A stretch of 64,000 bases of DNA from Curvularia clavata (lineage: Eukaryota). The stretch covers positions 682,001 to 746,000 of the forward strand of contig CP089277.1 of the NCBI GenBank assembly GCA_023920165.1. The letters run 5' to 3'. The notes below the pieces were generated by a model. It saw only the letters and a list, made by a program, of their open reading frames with translations, made no database searches and was not told the DNA's origin. Position numbers and translations under genes: made by a program. Shown here one piece after another: positions 60,265 through 64,000 of the stretch (within the stretch, counting starts at the first letter, position 1; every line of letters starts with the position of its first letter).

Positions 60265-61716
60265 ATGGTGTCGCGTCGCAACAGGACGTTATTGTCCTTG
60301 GCAATCTTTACCGGAGTCCTGGCCTGGAACGTAGCTGCTGCAGCCATCAAGGGCGAGACTGGAATCCCAGTAGAGAATCTGACCACGCACGAGATTGAGG
60401 AGCAATTGCAGGTATTTTTACGCCATTCTTTCACTTGTCCATACGCTCTCAACTTTCCAGAGTGCCGGGTGTCGGATACTCGCGGATGTAACCTACTCCG
60501 TTCAAGATACAGCACACATACTGATGTCGCGTGTTCATTCCAGTGCTAACATGCATCACGTAGGAATGTCCCCTTGTGCAAGCTCTCAACCAGCACAAGG
60601 TAGCCTCGAACCCCACAACCTCGTCTGTCACTGCCCAGATCTTCGCTTTTCTGTTCCCTGGTAGCCCTGCAGTAAACTCCCTGCTTGCCACCCTCTATAT
60701 CTCTGGTCCACCCAACTTTCTTCTTGCACTATGTCCTCCCAACATAGACCCTTCGTCGCTGTCTGTCATGGTCGCATTTGCTGTGGGCGGTCTGCTGGGT
60801 GATACACTCTTCCATTTACTGCCAGAGATCTTTTTAGGCGAGGACGAGCGCGATTCTGTCAAGTTTGTCATGGTGGAGCCGAATAAGAACCTGCTGTTAG
60901 GTGTCGCTATCATGGTTGGCTTTATCACATTCGTAGCCATGGATAAGGGACTGCGCATCGCAACGGGAGGTCAGGGCGGCCATGACCATTCGCACGGGCA
61001 CTCGCATGAGAAGGTCGATTCCACTGCACAGGCCACGGGAGTCGATCTCGACGGATCAAAAGACAAGGTCCGCGCCCGGAAGGCTGCTACGGACGACAAA
61101 ACGACCATAGCAAATGCACCAACAGAGACGGACAAGGAGATCAACGCCAGCGTCAAGCTTGGTGGCTACCTTAATCTCATTGCAGACTTTACCCACAACA
61201 TCACTGATGGTCTCGCACTCAGCTCATCCTTCTACGCATCGCCCACAATCGGCGCTACAACTACTGTGGCTGTCTTCTTCCATGAGATTCCCCATGAGGT
61301 TGGCGATTTTGCTCTTCTCATTCAATCCGGTTTCAGTAAACGTGCGGCCATGGGCGCTCAATTCTTAACCGCTGTGGGCGCCTTTCTCGGAACGTGCATT
61401 GGCATCGCTGTGCAAGAGTTTGGTGGAAACTCCAGTTCTGCTGTCTCAAGCGGCCCTGGTCTCATGGGCACAAGTCTGCAATGGGGTGACATGTTGCTAC
61501 CTTTCACCGCCGGTACCTTCCTGTACGTTGGGACCGTCGCTGTCATCCCCGAATTGTTGGAGACTGGCCCCAACAAGGGCCAGGAACTAAGAAAGACCCT
61601 GATGCAGTTCTCTGCAATGTTCGTTGGCGCGGGCATTATGCTTTTGTAAGTATCACAATCTCCACCAGTGCCATCGTGAAACATGGGCTGACCTGCCTAG
61701 TATATCCTGGGATTAG
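60265..61716 (+). CDS. YKE4: ZIP-family (LIV-1/Ke4) ER zinc transporter Yke4
   Basis: Introns 60412-60563 and 61646-61700. AFAVGGLLGDTLFHLLPE, HDHSHGHSH, YLNLIADFTHNITDG, FFHEIPHEVGDFALL. Confidence 0.9.
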
Positions 61717-62804
61717 TCATAGATCCTGGACGCCTCTGGAATTTCCTTAACCTAACAACCTCTCCATCCGGATTGAGAATGTTATATAAATATTCCAGGG
61801 TCAGCGCTTCACTTTCTCAACGTGTATAACGACTCCTCGGTCAGATAGAGTCTCGGCTTGTACAATCACATCATATATAGAGTCATCATGGTTACTGCGC
61901 GCATCAAATCATCTTACCATCCATTTGTTGCGGGACCAAAATGGTTTCAAATATCTAACACAGCATGAACTGCACTGAGTCTCCTAGACGACCGTATGGA
62001 CGGTTGTGCGCCCTTGCTCATAGCGGACGCGACGAGATAACCCCTCAGACCGCACTGATAATGCTAGCGGCCTAATCGTAGACCACGACGTACACAGTAA
62101 GCTTCGCGGGCGAACCGGATGTCTCACGGTCATATCGCGGCCGTGATCATAACTTTGCTGGACAGTCCATGAAGCCACTTCTAAGCTCGCCTAGGCTCGG
62201 CCGTCAGCACCGTTTACCTCTGAGGCATGGAGGGCTTCGCTAGCGCGCTACCCCGGATTATACGGTCTTTGCGTTTTCGCCTACGGTCGAGTCGAATCTC
62301 CCCCTGTGCCATCTCATCAGTGCACACTAACAACGTATATCGTGCCAAGCATCCGGAGTTTGATGAGACTTCACTCATTCGGGCAAGGCCAGCAGCGTCG
62401 GAGCCGTTTCCTGCGTCGCACTTAGCGAGCAAGCCACGCTTCAAGACAAAGTGTACACTAGTGTCGCCGTCTTACCGCTCTAACGGCTGCGAGCTAGTTG
62501 CTTACTAGCCATAGCCTCCCATCGCACATATGGGCTGCATAGCGGTTAGGCCGCAGCTCGAATCACATTGACCCTCTTAATCTGACAGTTTTCCTCTTCT
62601 TATCCTCATCTCTTCTCACTCGCACCTTGAAGTTTGCATTTCCATCGGTATCATCCAACAGCCATCACGTTGTCTGTTTCGAGCAAACCCCCAATCCGAC
62701 GACATAACTTCGCAACATCTGCCATTCAAGTATCATTTCTCATAGGAGGGGCTGGTACCATAGAAGAGCTGGAATATAAAGACGACTACTTAGAACAGAA
62801 CGAT

Positions 62805-63179
62805 ATGTACTTCGCTCCCAGACCGGACCTCAAAGCCACAGCTCGTAGCCGACCTCTACTCACAACGCTGCTCATCTTCTCGTGTATTCTGGTCTTCTTT
62901 TATCAGCTCGTACCATCTTTTACCGAGGCGACGGACGAAATTGTTGGTCTAGTCACAGTTCATTTCAGCTTGCGTCCAGCGGGGAGCGATACTTGTACGA
63001 CGGAAGTTGGCAGCGCTCAATGCTGCGGTCTATTCCTCGCCGCCACCCCTTGCTTAGAGGAATGCAGGAAACAACATGTCGACCGAGAGACATTATCGCT
63101 CACCCTCGAATACGATGAATGCGCAAGTCAGTGCTTGGCCGAGTATCACGCAGCATGTCCTGGCAGTGCGGGCAGATAA
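62805..63179 (+). CDS. Small 8-cysteine protein with N-terminal signal/anchor
   Basis: 124 aa from ATG 62805; TATAAA about 30 bp upstream; hydrophobic LLTTLLIFSCILVFFYQLV; eight Cys in the C-terminal domain. Confidence 0.7.
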   Translation: MYFAPRPDLKATARSRPLLTTLLIFSCILVFFYQLVPSFTEATDEIVGLVTVHFSLRPAGSDTCTTEVGSAQCCGLFLAATPCLEECRKQHVDRETLSLTLEYDECASQCLAEYHAACPGSAGR

Positions 63180-64000
63180 AGCAAGCAAAGCTGGGAGCAG
63201 ATGAAGAGAACCACACATCTCCTTTCAGGAGGAACCAACATAACCTGATTCCCTATGTCAACCTTGAACAACACGACACAACTCAGTCAGGCCCCCATAT
63301 ACACACGGCAAGGGAGGCGGTGCAAAGTGGGGGCCAAGACTGCGGTGCAGTGGTGACCGGTTAAACCGGCACGTGCTTGTGGCTGGGCGACCCGTAACCG
63401 AGCCGATTCCGCCCATACGAACATTTTCACTAGGAGATTGTAATTACTTCCAGGGGAAGGATTTGTTCCGTTGTTGTAGTAATGACAAGACCATTGGCGT
63501 CGCGCAACGGAGGTACCGGAACGTCCGAGACAGGAAGGCCATATTTGTACCAACATCATAATGATTATGGTAGTGGAGGCAACTTCGGACAAACGGCACA
63601 GGGTCTGCGTGTAATTTGCTTTTTGCTTTTTGGAAGGCAGAAATTATCCAAATGTTCTTGGTGGGGTAAAGAACGAAAGCTCAAGCAAGGATCATGACCA
63701 ACAGAGAAAAAGGGGTGACGGAGAGCCTCATTATGGCTTCTTCCGCTTACCAAAGCCGTCGCTGGGGATCTGCACGGCAAGGAGAAATGACAATCGTGTT
63801 ACCGCAACAGATACGGATCTTACGTTAGATTTCTTATGGGAGAATTTTACAATGGCTGATGATCTTGATAATTTGCTTGAACAATGCAGGGATTTTCAAC
63901 ACGTTGCGACACTTACATGATAAATGATCCCTAGCCTATCTACTAGACACTATAAAGGAAGCTCCGTCGCAGTACTGATTGATACAAGGATATTCACCTA

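Noticed and set aside
63630..63920. ORF at the right edge
   Set aside because: Only 22 codons from the ATG, with no motif; cannot be supported.

Overview
Gene-dense, intron-containing genomic DNA from a filamentous ascomycete. Introns are short, with GT..CTRAY..YAG signals; a Dothideomycete origin is my guess, not shown. I model about 28 protein-coding genes and one intron-containing tRNA-Val(AAC). No transposon, rRNA or CRISPR is supported. The left half holds housekeeping genes (DBP5, DUF202 protein, MNN9, TAF14, YRB1, KTR-type mannosyltransferase, HCS1 helicase) and conserved hypotheticals. The right half is niche-related: a secreted lipase, a secreted multi-KR precursor, a siderophore transporter, a five-gene polyol/ketose cluster, NOP16, YKE4 and a small 8-Cys protein. 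Best leads: (1) a 377-nt last intron of HCS1 that folds into one long nested rod; (2) nine PacC/Rim101-type sites upstream of a Cys-free secreted protein with five dibasic Kex2-type sites; (3) a cluster of two sugar porters, an NADPH-type SDR, an NAD-type polyol dehydrogenase and a Gal4-like regulator. Splice models were read by hand and family names come from motif recognition, not database searches.
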